DNA from: Eledone cirrhosa
Lineage: Eukaryota
Direction: 5' to 3'
DNA: 64,000 bases
NCBI GenBank assembly: GCA_964016885.1
Contig: OZ024740.1
Coordinates: 146,878,001 to 146,942,000 of the forward strand
The notes under the pieces are model-generated. The model was not told where the DNA came from. It saw only the letters and a list, made by a program, of their open reading frames with translations, and ran no database searches. A program made the position numbers and the translations under genes. Shown here piece by piece: positions 49,435 through 62,423 of the stretch; position 1 is the first letter of the stretch; each line of letters begins with the position of its first letter.

Positions 49435-49491
49435 GTATGTATTTATATGTATATATATGTGTATATATATTTATATATATAAATATATGTG

Positions 49492-49526
<35 letters not shown>

Positions 49527-49559
49527 ATATATCTATATATATATATATATATATATCTA

Positions 49560-49610
<51 letters not shown>

Positions 49611-49612
<2 letters not shown>

Positions 49613-50567
49613 TAGACATGAAAAATGCGCAAGCTCAAAAGTGCCACAGAATGTTATAATAAACCTTCAAAAGTGTGGGACTAGAGTTGTTGCTAAAAAA
49701 TATTGTAATCATTATATATCGTACATTCTGTGGCATCCTTTATAAAAATAGCTTAAACCAACGAAGCCTTTATTTTTACGCTATTTCACTTAGTTAATTC
49801 TTAGAGTGTAACATATAAAAATATGATTTACAACTATAAAATAAATTAATTAATATAATAACAGAGCTGCGGAGCTGAAATTTAGGAAATAATGGAGTAT
49901 CGGATCCTGAGTTGGAGCCAGTCAATTTTTGGCCGACTCCGCAGCCCTGTATAATACATTTCATATTAAAGTTATTAATAAACCTATTTTACACTGCATG
50001 CAAATTACCATGAGATATTGATATTAGATATAAGATACAGCGCAATATCTACAGCTGTAAAAGTACGAAAGCGAAGTAATAATAAGTGGCTTAAGGTAAT
50101 TCCAATATGAAAGTTTGTAGTGATAAAAATTTGATAATGCAATACGATTGTTAATATTATAGTTCTATGAAAATGTAACAATAGATAACTAAATTATTTT
50201 ACTATTAGTATATTTAAGAAATTATCATTATAGATTTGATCGTTCATATAAGCATCATATTAAGTTTCAACACAATTATTTTGTTACTATGAGTATATGA
50301 TAATAATATTACGTAATTATTTATAGCTGTTATTACATTAAACATAGATGTATTTATTTTTATATGTTACACTCTAAGAATTAACTAAGTGAAATAGCGT
50401 AAAAATAAAGGCTTCGTTGGTTTAAGCTATTTTTATAAAGGATGCCACAGAATGTACGATATATAATGATTACAATATTTTTTAGCAACAACTCTAGTCC
50501 CACACTTTTGAAGGTTTATTATAACATTCTGTGGCACTTTTGAGCTTGCGCATTTTTCATGTCTAGT
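49611..50567. repeat. 213-bp inverted repeat (49611-49823 / 50355-50567) with 531-bp spacer
   Basis: actagacatgaaaaatgcgc... versus ...gcgcatttttcatgtctagt; no mismatch seen by eye; no TSD. Confidence 0.9.
49862..49949. mobile_element. Small hAT-type MITE
   Basis: TIR CAGAGCTGCGGAG/CTCCGCAGCCCTG; 8-bp TSD tataataa/tataatac. Confidence 0.65.
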
Positions 50568-51123
50568 TTAATATTTTTTTAAGGCAACGCTTGTAATAAC
50601 TCTAGTTAAACAGGATATATATTAATAATAAATTATCGTTGTAATGTAATTAGATTATGTAATTGTTATTATAAATTATCTTATAAATATTAGTGTAAGA
50701 TGTATAAAAATATTTTCAGACTTTTAATATAAACAACTACAAAAAACAATCAATATTAAATCAATATATTATACATAATAGAAAACATAAAATATACAAT
50801 ACAAAAACAAAATATTTACATACAATTGCAATTATCAGTGTATATACATTTTCTTTATATTCCCTGAGCAAATTAATAAGATTTGTTTTTATTGTACATA
50901 ATTTGATGACTTGTTGGAGTGTATTAAAAGATAGCAACAATTTGTGATTAAATTGTTATCTTAAGCAACTCACTTTTTAATAGTTGTTGGCTGAGCGAAA
51001 TTGTAAAAGCCTATGAGCAAATATAAAAAAAAATACACAAACAACATTTCCTTGTGTTATTACAACATTAGATAAAATAATTGAGCAATGTCGTTATATT
51101 TTGCTCTTATTGCACATTAATAG

Positions 51124-51290
51124 TGTTTCTATTTTTCGGCACAAATCCATTACGGCAGTCCATTACTGGTACTTTATTTTATCGAATTAGTAAGTATGAA
51201 AGTCGAAGTTAACCTCGGCAGGATTTGAACTTAGAATGCAAAGGACCATAACAATACTGCAAAGCATGGTGTCTGACGCTCTACCAATAC
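51124..51290 (-). mobile_element. Meta-like SINE
   Basis: tgtttctatttttcggcacaa..tactggtactttattttatcga..ggatttgaacttagaatg. Confidence 0.7.
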
Positions 51291-51684
51291 TTGTGTTGAG
51301 CTGGTCATTAATTTATGGTGGTCGTGCGTGGAGTAGAGCAATCGCTAGTTGAAATATTATGAACAAAACATTTTTATTTGCCGAAGAACATATTTTCAAT
51401 ACTGTTTGTGAATGTGACGAAGGAAATACATTCTGATATGGAACAGTGTACAAAGTGTGTCTGTGAATAACATAATGTTACCTCATGTTGTTGTCAAGAC
51501 ATAATGGATTTCGTATATCCAGTTAGAAGATGAAACCTAGCCATCTCGGATTAGTTATATTTCATGCCATGTGTAAACGTGTTTGAGGATAGCAAAATAT
51601 GCGCGTTAATTATAATAATTAGTTAATAATATTACAAAATATACCTAATTAAACTCTTTGCTTGAAATTTTATCATTCTTCGTT

Positions 51685-51754
<70 letters not shown>

Positions 51755-53095
51755 TCTAGTCCTTCGCTCAAGATTAATCTATAAGTTTAGATGTTTGCCT
51801 TCGTTTAAGTAAATATTACAGTAAGATTTTTAATATAAACAACTACAAAAAACAATTAATATTAAAACGAAAAAATTATCAATGATAAAAGAAGCGGATG
51901 CAACTTTTTTTTTTATAAAGTTATATTCCTGTTTCTTTAAAGAACATTTCATTTTTGTTCTATTGTAGGCGAAATAATGCAATGGTTTAATAGGGAAGAT
52001 ATAACTTACGAATTATGTCTAACCGTGTAACGCTTTTTATGTAGATAACTACAATTGAAAATACTAAAGAAATGGAACCAACAATTCAATTTGAAAGTCG
52101 TCTAGTGACAGTGTATTACTGGTACTTTATTTTATCGACCCCGTAACGATGAAAGGCAAAAATGCAAATGCTTAAAATTTAAATTGCCTTAATTCTATCG
52201 TCTGCTGTTTCATTAAAGGGAGATTATCGTCTGTATTTAATTCTATCGTCTACTGTTCCACTAAACAGATATACCTCCACTATCGTCTCTATTTATACAT
52301 TTTAACTTATAACTTATACACATTTGATTTGAAATATTTTATCTAGTCCCCCCTCTCAATATTATGATGATTTCTTTCGAATGAAACAGTTCTAGTCCTG
52401 TAGAAGCCATTTATATATATAATTGAACTGAGTTAAAAATTCACAATATTTATAATTAAATAAGCTCATATATATATGTGTGTATTTATCTGTTTATTGT
52501 ATTATATATAATGTGTGTATATACAGGATGTCCCCCCAAAATATATACACACTTCAACAGCATTCTAATAACTATTGCCTGTACAGGTAATCAAAGTGTC
52601 AATCGAATGTTAGTTTCGTGTTTTAACAGTACAAATTTACAATACACACATAAAACCAGTGTATATACATACATGAGTGTGTATACACATACATGAATGT
52701 GTATATACAATATATATGTATATATATATAGACACATATATTCACGGTGCAACGGTACATTAAAATATAGATGCGGGAGAGGGGGGTGTATATATAGGGG
52801 CGCTGGGGATAAAGGAGTGTAAAGCGTGTGTAATTGATATATTGAAGGAGAGGAGCGTGCAGCGATAGAGTAACAAATATATAGAGAGGGGGAGAGATGG
52901 TATTGAAGGGGAGGAGTGCAAAGCGAAAGAGTAAGAGATATATATAGAGACGGAACAGATAGAGAGAAACAGGCGTAAGTAACAGTGGAAGAGATATAGA
53001 GAGAGGTACTCTGATTGGTTGAAAATTAGCCAATGACATACGATCACCACCACCACGGCTATCCCCGAAAAATTTTTAAAGAAGCTAGGCATATA

Positions 53096-53150
53096 TGTTA
53101 GAACACGAAAAGTGAACATTCTGTTGTTTCACACTTTTCGTGTTCTAACA
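53096..53150. repeat. 19-bp perfect hairpin next to (TA)n
   Basis: tgttagaacacgaaaagtg / cacttttcgtgttctaaca. Confidence 0.8.
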
Positions 53151-53372
53151 GATATACATATATATATATATATATTGGTAAACGGAATAGAAAATGCTGA
53201 CAAATTGTTCACAGTTGAAAAATGGTTTAATTAGGAATAAAAGAGTATTAGTGATTGTATGGGTTAGTATTCAGTTGTGGTTTTAAGTTTTTAAGTTTTT
53301 ACCGGTTGCGCATTTCTAAATGCTTTTCAAAAATAATTTTGAGATAGAGTGTCCGTGCTGTTTGCTCTGATC

Positions 53373-53464
<92 letters not shown>

Positions 53465-53539
53465 GGGCAAAGTCTCCCTTTGGTCTCAAATGACCATGAG
53501 TTGTACACCTGGAATGTTCCCGTTTGAGGCCAAGCCCAG

Positions 53540-56535
53540 GAGAACCCAGGACGCGATGACGTATGTGCGCGAGTACGGCAAATCAGACCTATTTATTACT
53601 TTTACATGCAATCCTTCGTGGCAAGAAATTGCCCATGAACTCCTTCCAGCCCAGCGGTCGCCATGACCTCTTATCCAGAGTCTTCGAGCTAAAAGTATAC
53701 AAACTAATGGACCTTATCACAAAGGGCCAGGTATTTGGACGTGTGCAATGTTACATGTACACAATTCAATGGCAGAAGCGGGGACTCCCCCAGGCTCACA
53801 TTCTTATTTGGTTGTCGACAAAAATCAGAGCAGACGACATCGACATGATTATATCCGCAGAGCTTCCAAACCCGCAAACTGACAAAACCCTATTTGACAG
53901 GGTTACGGCGCACATGGTTCACGGTCCTTGTGAACGTGGCTTCAAATCTAACTCCCCGTGTTTGAACAACAGTATTTGCTCCAAAAAATACCCAAAAGCC
54001 TTCCTTCGCGAAACTCAAACTGCTGATGACGGATACCCATCATACAGACGAAGAAGCCCTGAGGACGGAGGATTAACAGCACTGGTTGGAAAACATGAAA
54101 TTGACAACCGATAGATTGTACCGTACTGCCCATTACTACTCAAGGCGTTCAACTCCCACATAAATGTTGAATGGTGCAACTCTATTAAATCAATCAAATA
54201 TGTCTGCAAGTATATAAATAAGGGCCCAGATGCCGCCATGTTCGGGCTTAAAGAAGAAAACAAACGGGATGAAGTTGCACAGTACCAATCAGCACGATAT
54301 ATAAGTACCAGCGAGGCCTTTTGGCAAATTTACCGTTTCTCAATGCACAAAAGATACCCTGCCGTCCAACATCTTGCTGTGCACCTGGAAAACGGCCAAA
54401 GAGTGTACTATACAAAGCAAACAGCTTTTCTGAGAGCACTGCAACCAAGGAACACAACTCTTACTGCATTATTTCAACTATGTCAAGGCGACGCATTCGC
54501 TCGCATTTTGCTGTATCCCCAAGTCTCCTCTTTCTACAAATGGGAAAAATATTCATGGGAGCCAAGAATCAAAGGGGAAAGCGTTGATTGTCATCCAGAT
54601 TTTAACTTTGACAGCTGCCTGGCGCGAGTTTACACAGTGCCCCCCCCCCCCATCTACCAAGAATGTTACTACCTGCGTATGCTTCTCCATGACGTAAGAG
54701 GACCAACCAGTATTCAACACCAAAGAACTGTTGATGGCCAAATTTGCGGCACGTACAGAGAGGCCTGCCTCAGGCGTGGACTACTGGAAGATGGCGCTCA
54801 GTGGGATGCCACTTTGGCAGATGCAGTTGTTTCACAAATGCCACACAGCCTTAGGAAGCTTTTTGCTGTCTTACTGTACATTTGTGAATTGCCCGATCCT
54901 TCCTTCTTGTGGCTCAAGTACAGAGATGACCTCTCTGAGGACTTCAGACATCAAGCACAATAACAACTTCCTGACATGGAAGTAGGCTTCACAGATGAAA
55001 TCTACAACAAAGCACTTATTGAAATTGAAAATATGATTGCTGCAATGGGTGGGAATGCACTGCAGACATATGGCCTGCCTCAAACCAACAGAACAGGCTC
55101 CGACGTCATTTCCGCAGAAATACTTCGGGAACTATCCTACGACACTGACAGCTTGGCTACTTATGTCACTGAACATGAACCAATGCTGCTGCAGGAACAG
55201 GAACGAGCATATAACACTATTGCTGACTGTGTCTACCGTCGTACGGGAGGAATATTTTTCTTGGACGCCCCTGGAGGCACAGGGAAGACTTGTGTCATAC
55301 GGCTTCTCCTTGCCAAGGTTCGACAACACAGACACATAGCACTTGCTGGTGCGTCTTCCGGTATTGCAGCAACCTTGCTTCCTGGGGGCAGGACAGCACA
55401 TTCAGCCTTCAAACTCCCCCTCAATATGACAGCAAATGATACACCCTGCTGTAATATTACCAAAGGATCAGAAAAGGCAGAACTGCTTAAAAGGTGTGAA
55501 CTTATAGTTTGGGATGAATGTACCATGGCTCATAAAGGAGCTTTGGAGGCACTGGATCGGACTTTAAGAGACATAAGGGACTCCCAGGATCCCATGGGAG
55601 GCGTGACTGTCCTTTTATCCGGAGATTTTAGACAAACCCTCCCTGTTATTCCCAAAGGAACAAGGGACGATGCTATTCGAGCAAGCTTAAAGTCATCTCC
55701 GGTTTGGCGTTATGTCACAACATTAATGCTCTCTACGAACATGAGAGTTCGGATGCTTGGTGACCAAGTGTCATCAGAGTTTGCTACCAACCTATTGACA
55801 CTTGGGAACAGCAAAGTGCCACTTGATGAAGATGAAAATATCTCCCATGAACCGGTCTGCACTTTAGTCGACAGTGCTGACGACTTGACAGATGCAGTAT
55901 TCCCTGAGTTGAGCACTAACTACCAAAATCCAAACTGGCTGTGCGAAAGGGCAATACTGGCTCCGAAAAATGAGATTGTCGACAAAATCAACGGACAACT
56001 GCTTAAGTCTCTTCCTACAGCTTTGTGTACATACAAGTCCATCGATACAGTCACAGACCCCATTAACTACCCAATTGAGTTTCTTAACTCATTGAACTCC
56101 TCCGGGTTGCCATCTCATCGATTGTAACTTAAGCAAGGATATCCAATTATACTTTTGAGGAATTTACACCCTCCAAAACTCTGCAACGGCACCCGCCTTA
56201 CAGTAAATAAACTAACGCAAAACTTGATCGAGGCGACGATTCTCTCGGGGTGTGGAAAGGGGAAAAATGTTTTTATCCCAAGGATTCCCCTTTGTCCGTC
56301 AACATCAGATATCCCCTTTTCATTTAGGAGGCTCCAGTTTCCAGTTCGTTGTAGTTTCGCTATGACGATAAATAAGTCTCACGGGCAAACATTGTCCGTC
56401 GCGGGAATACACCTAGAAGAGCCATGCTTTTCGTACGGTCAGCTATACGTTGGATGTTGCAGAGTGGGAAGCAAAAGAAACCTTTATGCATTTGCTCCAA
56501 ACGGTAAAAACCACAAACATTGTGTACCAAGATGA
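53540..56535 (+). pseudogene. Helitron Rep-PIF1 helicase (RepHel)
   Basis: HUH Rep motifs FITFTCNP, QWQKRGLPQAHIL, KYVCKYINKG; helicase FLDAPGGTGKT, GRTAHS, WDEC, GDFRQTLPV, NMR, LCNGTR, QFP..FAMTINKS.GQ; internal stops. Confidence 0.92.
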
Positions 56536-56734
56536 TCTGTAATCAACACTGCGACACAAACCGTCTTCTAACAACCAAATACCTCGCTACTTTCAATAAT
56601 TACCGAATTGTAGACATACTGCCTTTTTGAAATTCATAACACCATACTTTTCGACTGTAAACGTTGTAACCACTTTGAGCTGCACGGTATTGAAATGCAC
56701 GTTCCCCTCTGGTTGGTTGAGCCAGTTTTCCATG

Positions 56735-57080
56735 GATTCGCCAGCGCGTGAGGCAGACGTTGATTCACATGTCTTTGCTGCCGCAGTTGACGGTGTGTTT
56801 CGGTTGATACAGCTCAAACAGCAGACGTTGACTCACAGTTCTTTGCTGCCGCAGTTGACGCTTTGTTTCGGTTGATGCAGCTCGAGCTGCGGAAGTTGCC
56901 TCAGAATTTCTATGCCGCCGTAATGAACGCTGTGGTTCGTTTTCTGCATCTCCTGCAATAGACGTTGCCTCAATATTTGCTTTCTGTCGCAGTGAGGGTT
57001 GAGAATCGTTTTCTGCTCCTCAAGCAGCAGCAGTTGTGTTTCGTTTTCTGCATCTCGTGCAATAGAAGTTGCTTCAGCAT
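56735..57080 (-). repeat. 68-69-bp tandem repeat encoding 23-aa STPR-like units on the antisense strand of the Helitron
   Basis: EATSIAGDAENEPQRSLRRHRNS / EATSAARAASTETKRQLRQQR / ESTSA..AVSTETHRQLRQQR. Confidence 0.65.
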
Positions 57081-57720
57081 TTTTCTTTTGGCGTAATAAT
57101 CGCTATTCGTTATTCTGTTACTTTTGCAATCGAGGTTGGCGCAGAATTTGTGTTGAGGAATTTTGAGTGTCCTTCATGTTTGGTCTATGTCACTGCAATC
57201 AGTCTAAGGAAAGCAACGTCACAGTTTCTATTGGCAGCCACAATTATACAGACTGGTAAGCATTTCAAACTACATAAATCATTAGAATGCCTACATATAC
57301 GCAATGCATAACGAAAGATTTACATGTTTCTACTGTAGCAAACGTATAGCACCCCCCTCATTTGTACCTTTCACTCAAAGTCGTCATACATTATCTCCGT
57401 CATACCGCAACGACTTCACTTCAGTGCCTGAATTGCCAAACATCTCACATTATTGTCATAAATTCCTGTGACTCACTTTTGGGCTAGTGACTTCCTTGTG
57501 GCATAGTTCGCGTTTGGAGCTTCACCGCGTCAACGTCACACTTTTACACTCATTCACCTTTCATATGCCATACCATTTTACCGTTATTACATCGAACAAG
57601 ACATACTTCTTATGGTTAAAAATAAATGTTTTGGGGGGGTTCGTGCTACGTTGTTTTCTCTTTAAAAAAATTATTTACTAATGGTAGACTTACACCCGGG
57701 CAACGCCGGTATGGCTGCTA

Positions 57721-57794
<74 letters not shown>

Positions 57795-57848
57795 TAGCAG
57801 CCATACACACACACACACACACATATATAGATATATACATATATATGA

Positions 57849-58136
57849 CTCTGCTAAGAGTTTTGCAATCGCTTGTCAGATTATTGAGTATGGTGCACTT
57901 TTAGGCTACGGCCAGCCACACGAAAGTGTAATATATCCTGAACAAGCAATACCTGTGCTTTGAATGTTTTTTAAGTGGGGAAAGGCCTTGCACTCGACCA
58001 ATCCCACTCTCTGAGCATCGAAAACACTACCCGAAAAGGAGAACTAGTCAACATCATCGGATGCTTCTGAAGCCGCAGGTTTTTTTCAGAGTTTCCCTCT
58101 CTTAGAAAGATATTGTGACAACAATTAGGGGCCTGG

Positions 58137-58177
<41 letters not shown>

Positions 58178-58485
58178 TGGCTGCCAACTCGTTTTCGCGT
58201 ACGGCTACTACTTTATATCCATGTAGGAGAACCTCTACCAATGCGCTGAACGAGTGTGACTTTTTAGTTCAGCCAGCGACTTGAAAACTCTGATACAAAC
58301 ACTACACTTGTGACAATTATTGACACATAGTGCTGGGCCCATGGTACCATATGACGACAAGTGCAGAGAGATCTCCAGATATAAAGCAATGCCTGTGCCG
58401 TGAAGCTTTTATAGGGAGCAAAGGCACTGCATAAAGCCAGTCCCAATCTCTTAACCAAGATGATATTTACCAAAAAGAAGAACAT
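57849..58485 (-). mobile_element. Two RTE-derived SINE-like elements (57849-58108 and 58175-58485)
   Basis: Reverse-complement matches to 33050-33315 and 35020-35330. Confidence 0.7.
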
Positions 58486-58495
58486 ATATACATAT

Positions 58496-58589
<94 letters not shown>

Positions 58590-58807
58590 ACAGGGAGAAA
58601 GAGACGATTATTAGGAAGAAAAATATTTTTTTTTCCTATTTTGTTACAAATATAGATTCAGCGAGAATCGCATTTCGGCGGGTAGAAATGGCGAAATGAA
58701 ACGAAAAAATCAGAAATGATACTGGCAAGCGTTTAATAGTTAAAAAACCAGAGCTAAACAATATGTTAAGAGGCCATACAAAACTGAAACAGTGGTCAAG
58801 AAAGCAT

Positions 58808-58855
<48 letters not shown>

Positions 58856-58865
58856 CATTATTAGT

Positions 58866-59933
58866 TACACGAATTTCATAGTCATCTGCTTTTCTTTACC
58901 AAGGAAATTTTGTGACCATTTTCAAGCCTACACAAATGATCCAGCTGTGTTCATGATATTTTAGTAGGCCAATAACCATTTTTATGTCATTATATTTTTC
59001 TCGTAAATGCACTGAGTGACCAACTGAGACAGTTCCATAAACATTGCCATTGTGCAGGAGAATACACGTTTGGCTGCACTTATATAGAAATAGTCGCCAC
59101 TCAGCTGGATTGTAAGATGGAATGTCTAATACCTGGAGAAGACCTGGAATATCGTGACAGAAAACAAAATGATTCTCTTCTCTTCTGAAAAATAAGACAC
59201 AAAAATCTACTCCCACTTTCGGAAACAGGAAACTTTCGCAGTTTGATCAAGTAGATGTTTTTTTCTTGCAGCCTGGATGCTAACACTTCTGCTGAATTCT
59301 TGGTGATCCCCAGATCACGTACTAAATCATTCAGTTCTGGCTGGTTAAACTGTTGAGGAGTTGACTCTTCGGTATAAGAGGGGTCTTTCAATTCTGAACT
59401 TATTTCTTCAACCTCGTTATCATCGTCATGATGTTATTTGCTTATTTCATATTTGGATGCGGTTAACCCATGAAAAGTTGGAATTGGGAGTGTATCAGAA
59501 TGTATAATAGGTCTAATTGTTAATGGAATATTAGGATAAGAGATTTTATACCAATACCCTTTGTCTTGACCAGACAAAAGTAACAGTCAGTTGTGTGATC
59601 CCTGGGCTCTCGCCACACCATAGGAACTCCAAAAAACAGACCCTTCCGTTTACCTTTTGTCCAGTCACGAAGCCTTTCCTCACAGATATGACATACAACA
59701 TGAGGGGCCCATTTTTTGTCTTGGTTGCCAAGGGTAATTCCAAAGTAGACTTTATAAGCTTGTCTCACAAACAATATTATATTACGCATTTGACGAATAA
59801 ATGTAAAGGAGCCACAGACGTAGCAGAAGACATCAGACATCAGCAAAACTAATTTCAAATTTGAAATCAGCAGAAAAGAATTAAGCTAGAAAAATCTCAT
59901 GCACTAGGAAAAAAAAAAAGTTGTTGCCCAGTA
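58866..59933 (-). mobile_element. Chapaev3-like (CMC) DNA transposon, 5' half
   Basis: FCYVCG..YFG..QDKKWAPHVVC..PMVWREPRDHTTDCYFC, FNQPELNDLVRDLG..AEVLASRL, EWRLF, LLHNGN; left end tactgggcaacaa; truncated at (TA)n. Confidence 0.8.
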
Positions 59934-60043
59934 TAATCGTTTCTATCAAACTGTATAAACTTATACTACCAACCAAACTAGCCTAGATTCGATCCACTTA
60001 CCATTCCATCCATCCATACATAAAATCCATCTCTCAGACTATC

Positions 60044-60120
60044 GCACAACCTTATTGCACAACCTTATTGCACAACCTTATTGCACAACCTTGATGCACA
60101 ACCTTGATGCACAACCCTGA
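60044..60120. repeat. 13-bp tandem repeat gcacaaccttatt, about 6 copies
   Basis: Direct reading. Confidence 0.9.
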
Positions 60121-60164
60121 TATCAATGATAGACATTGAGCTAAATCCTATGAAAAAATAACAA

Positions 60165-62423
60165 GGTTTTTTATTTGGGGGGAGGGGGTGTCCGTTTTGT
60201 ATTTTTTTGTGGGGTCGGACCGTTTCCTATTTTTTGGGGAAGCTATGTAGCCTGTAAAGTCTCTGTAGCCCGTGAAGGTGATGTAGCCGGTAATAAGCTA
60301 TGTAGCCGGTAAAGGCTATGTAGCCGGTGAATGTAATGTAGCCGAGATTGCTATGTAGCCAGTACCGAGCTATGTAGCTAGTATAGCTATGTAGCCAGTA
60401 AATGCTATGTAGCCGGTAAAGGCTATGTAGGAGGGGGCTGCGTCCGTTTTTTATTTGGGATGGGGGTGGGAGGTCTATTTTTTTATTTTTTTTTTGGGGG
60501 GGGGGGTCTGTTTTTATCTATATTTTTTGTGAGGGGCGTTTTTTATTTGGGGGTGTGGTCGGTTTTTTATTTGAGGGAGGAGCGTTTTTTTTATTTTGGG
60601 GTAGGTCTGTTTTTATATTTTTTGGCGGGTCTGTTTTTCTTATTTTAGCGGAGCCGTTTTGTATTTGGCGGGGTCCGTTTTTCATTTGTGGGGTCGTCCG
60701 TTTCTTATATTTTTATTTGGGGTGGTCCGTTGTTTATGGGGGCACCGTTTTTTTAGGGGTTTGTTATTTATTTAATGTAGCCGGTAAGGAGCTATGTAGC
60801 CGGTAAAGGCTATGTAACCGTTTTTTATTGAGGGAGGTCGGTTTTTAATTGGTTGGTGTCATTTTTTATTGATGGGTCTATATTTTTATAGAGGAGGGGG
60901 TCCGTTTTTTATTGGGGTGGTTCGATTTTTTATTGGGGAAAGGTCCATTTTTTATGGGGTGGGGTACGCTTTTTATTAGGGGAGGGGTAGTACTTTTTTT
61001 ATTTGGCGTAGGAAGTGAGGGGGCGTTTTTTTATTGGAGGGTGTCCGTTTTTATTTCTATGTTTTTTTTTTTATGGGGGCTCCTTCATTGGGAGGGGGGG
61101 TCCGTTTTGATATTTTTGGGGGGAAAATAGATTTTTTTATTTTGGTTACGGGTGAAAATCCGTTATTTATTTATTTTTTCGGGGGGGGACCGTTTTCTTT
61201 TTGGAGGTGTTCCTTTTTATCTGGGTGTCCAATTTTATTTAGATGTAGCCATTGTGTAGCAGGTCAGTGCTATGTAGCCGGTAAAATCTATGTAGCCGGT
61301 AAGAAGCTATGCAGCTGGTAAAGGCTATGTTGACGGTAAAAGTAAGATGCAAGTAGCCGGTAAAGACTATGCAGTCATTATGAAACTATGTAGCCGGTAA
61401 AGACTATGTAGCCGTTAAAGTCTATGCATCCGGTAAAAAGATGTTTTATATTATGGGGGTTGCGTTCGGTTTTTATTTGGGGTGGGGATTGGGACGTCCG
61501 TCTTTTATTGGGGAGGGGGGCTTTTTTTAGTTAGATCTATCCAGTAAGAGGCTATGTAGCCGTCAAGAGGCTATGTAGCCGGTAAAGGCTATATAGCCGG
61601 TATGTAGCTATGTAGCTGGTAAGAGGCTATGTAGCCGGTGAAAAACTACGTAGCCGGTAAAGGCTATGTAGCTGGTAAAAAGCTATGTAGTGGGTAAAAG
61701 GTATGTAAACGTTAAAGGCTATCTAGCTGGTAGAGGTCTATTTCGTCGGTAAGAGGCTATGTAGTCGCTAATAAGCTATGTAGCCGGTAAGAGGCTATGT
61801 AGCCTGTAAGAGGCTATGTACACGGTAGAGGAAATGTAGCCAATAAGAGGGTATGTAGCCGGTAGAGGCTATGTAGCCGGTAAGAGGCTATGCGGGTTCC
61901 GCTTTTTACTGTGAGGAGGGCGTTTTTTATTTGGGGAGAGGGGGTGTCCGTTTTTTATAAGGGGCATCCGTTCTTTATTAGGGGTCGTTTTTTTTTGGGG
62001 GGGGGGTTCGTTGCTATTTTGGGGGGATCTGTTTTTTATTTTAGGGGTCCGTCTTTTATTGGGGTGGGGACGGTTTTTTTAGAGCAGAGAGGGGGTTCGT
62101 TTTTATGGGGGGGGGGGGCGTTTTTTATTTGAAGTGGGGGAGACCGTTTTCTATTGGGGTGGGGGGCTCGTTTTTTATTAGGCGGGTCCGTTTTTTCTTT
62201 GGGAGTAGTCCGTTTTTTATTTGGGGGATCCGTTTTTTATTGGGGAGGGGTTCCGTTTTATTGGGGGGATCCGTTTTTTATTGGGGAGGTTTTTATTTGT
62301 GGGTTCTATTTTTTTTATTTATATGTAGCCGGTAAGAAGCTCTGTAGCCGGTAAGATGCTAAGTAGCCGGTAAAAGCTATGTAATCTGTAAAAAGCTATG
62401 TAGCCGGTAAATGCTATGTAGCC
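60165..62423. repeat. Composite minisatellite: blocks of 18-19-bp GCTATGTAGCCGGTAA(A/GA)G alternating with degenerate GTCCGTTTTTTATTGGGG blocks
   Basis: Unit A blocks near 60241-60430, 60775-60820, 61243-61440, 61535-61892 and 62322-62423; G/T-rich unit B in between. Confidence 0.9.

Larger units (their letters stand above)
53538..57721 (+). mobile_element. Autonomous-type Helitron, 5'-truncated
   Basis: RepHel coding region; 3' end ccgggcaacgccgg hairpin then CTAG|T at 57718-57721. Confidence 0.92.

Noticed and set aside
54976-56535. Cellular PIF1 gene
   Set aside because: Contiguous with an HUH Rep domain and a Helitron CTAG end; intronless with internal stops
60241-62423. CRISPR-like array or telomere repeat
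   Set aside because: Units are directly tandem without unique spacers, there are no cas genes, the context is eukaryotic and no TTAGGG array is present
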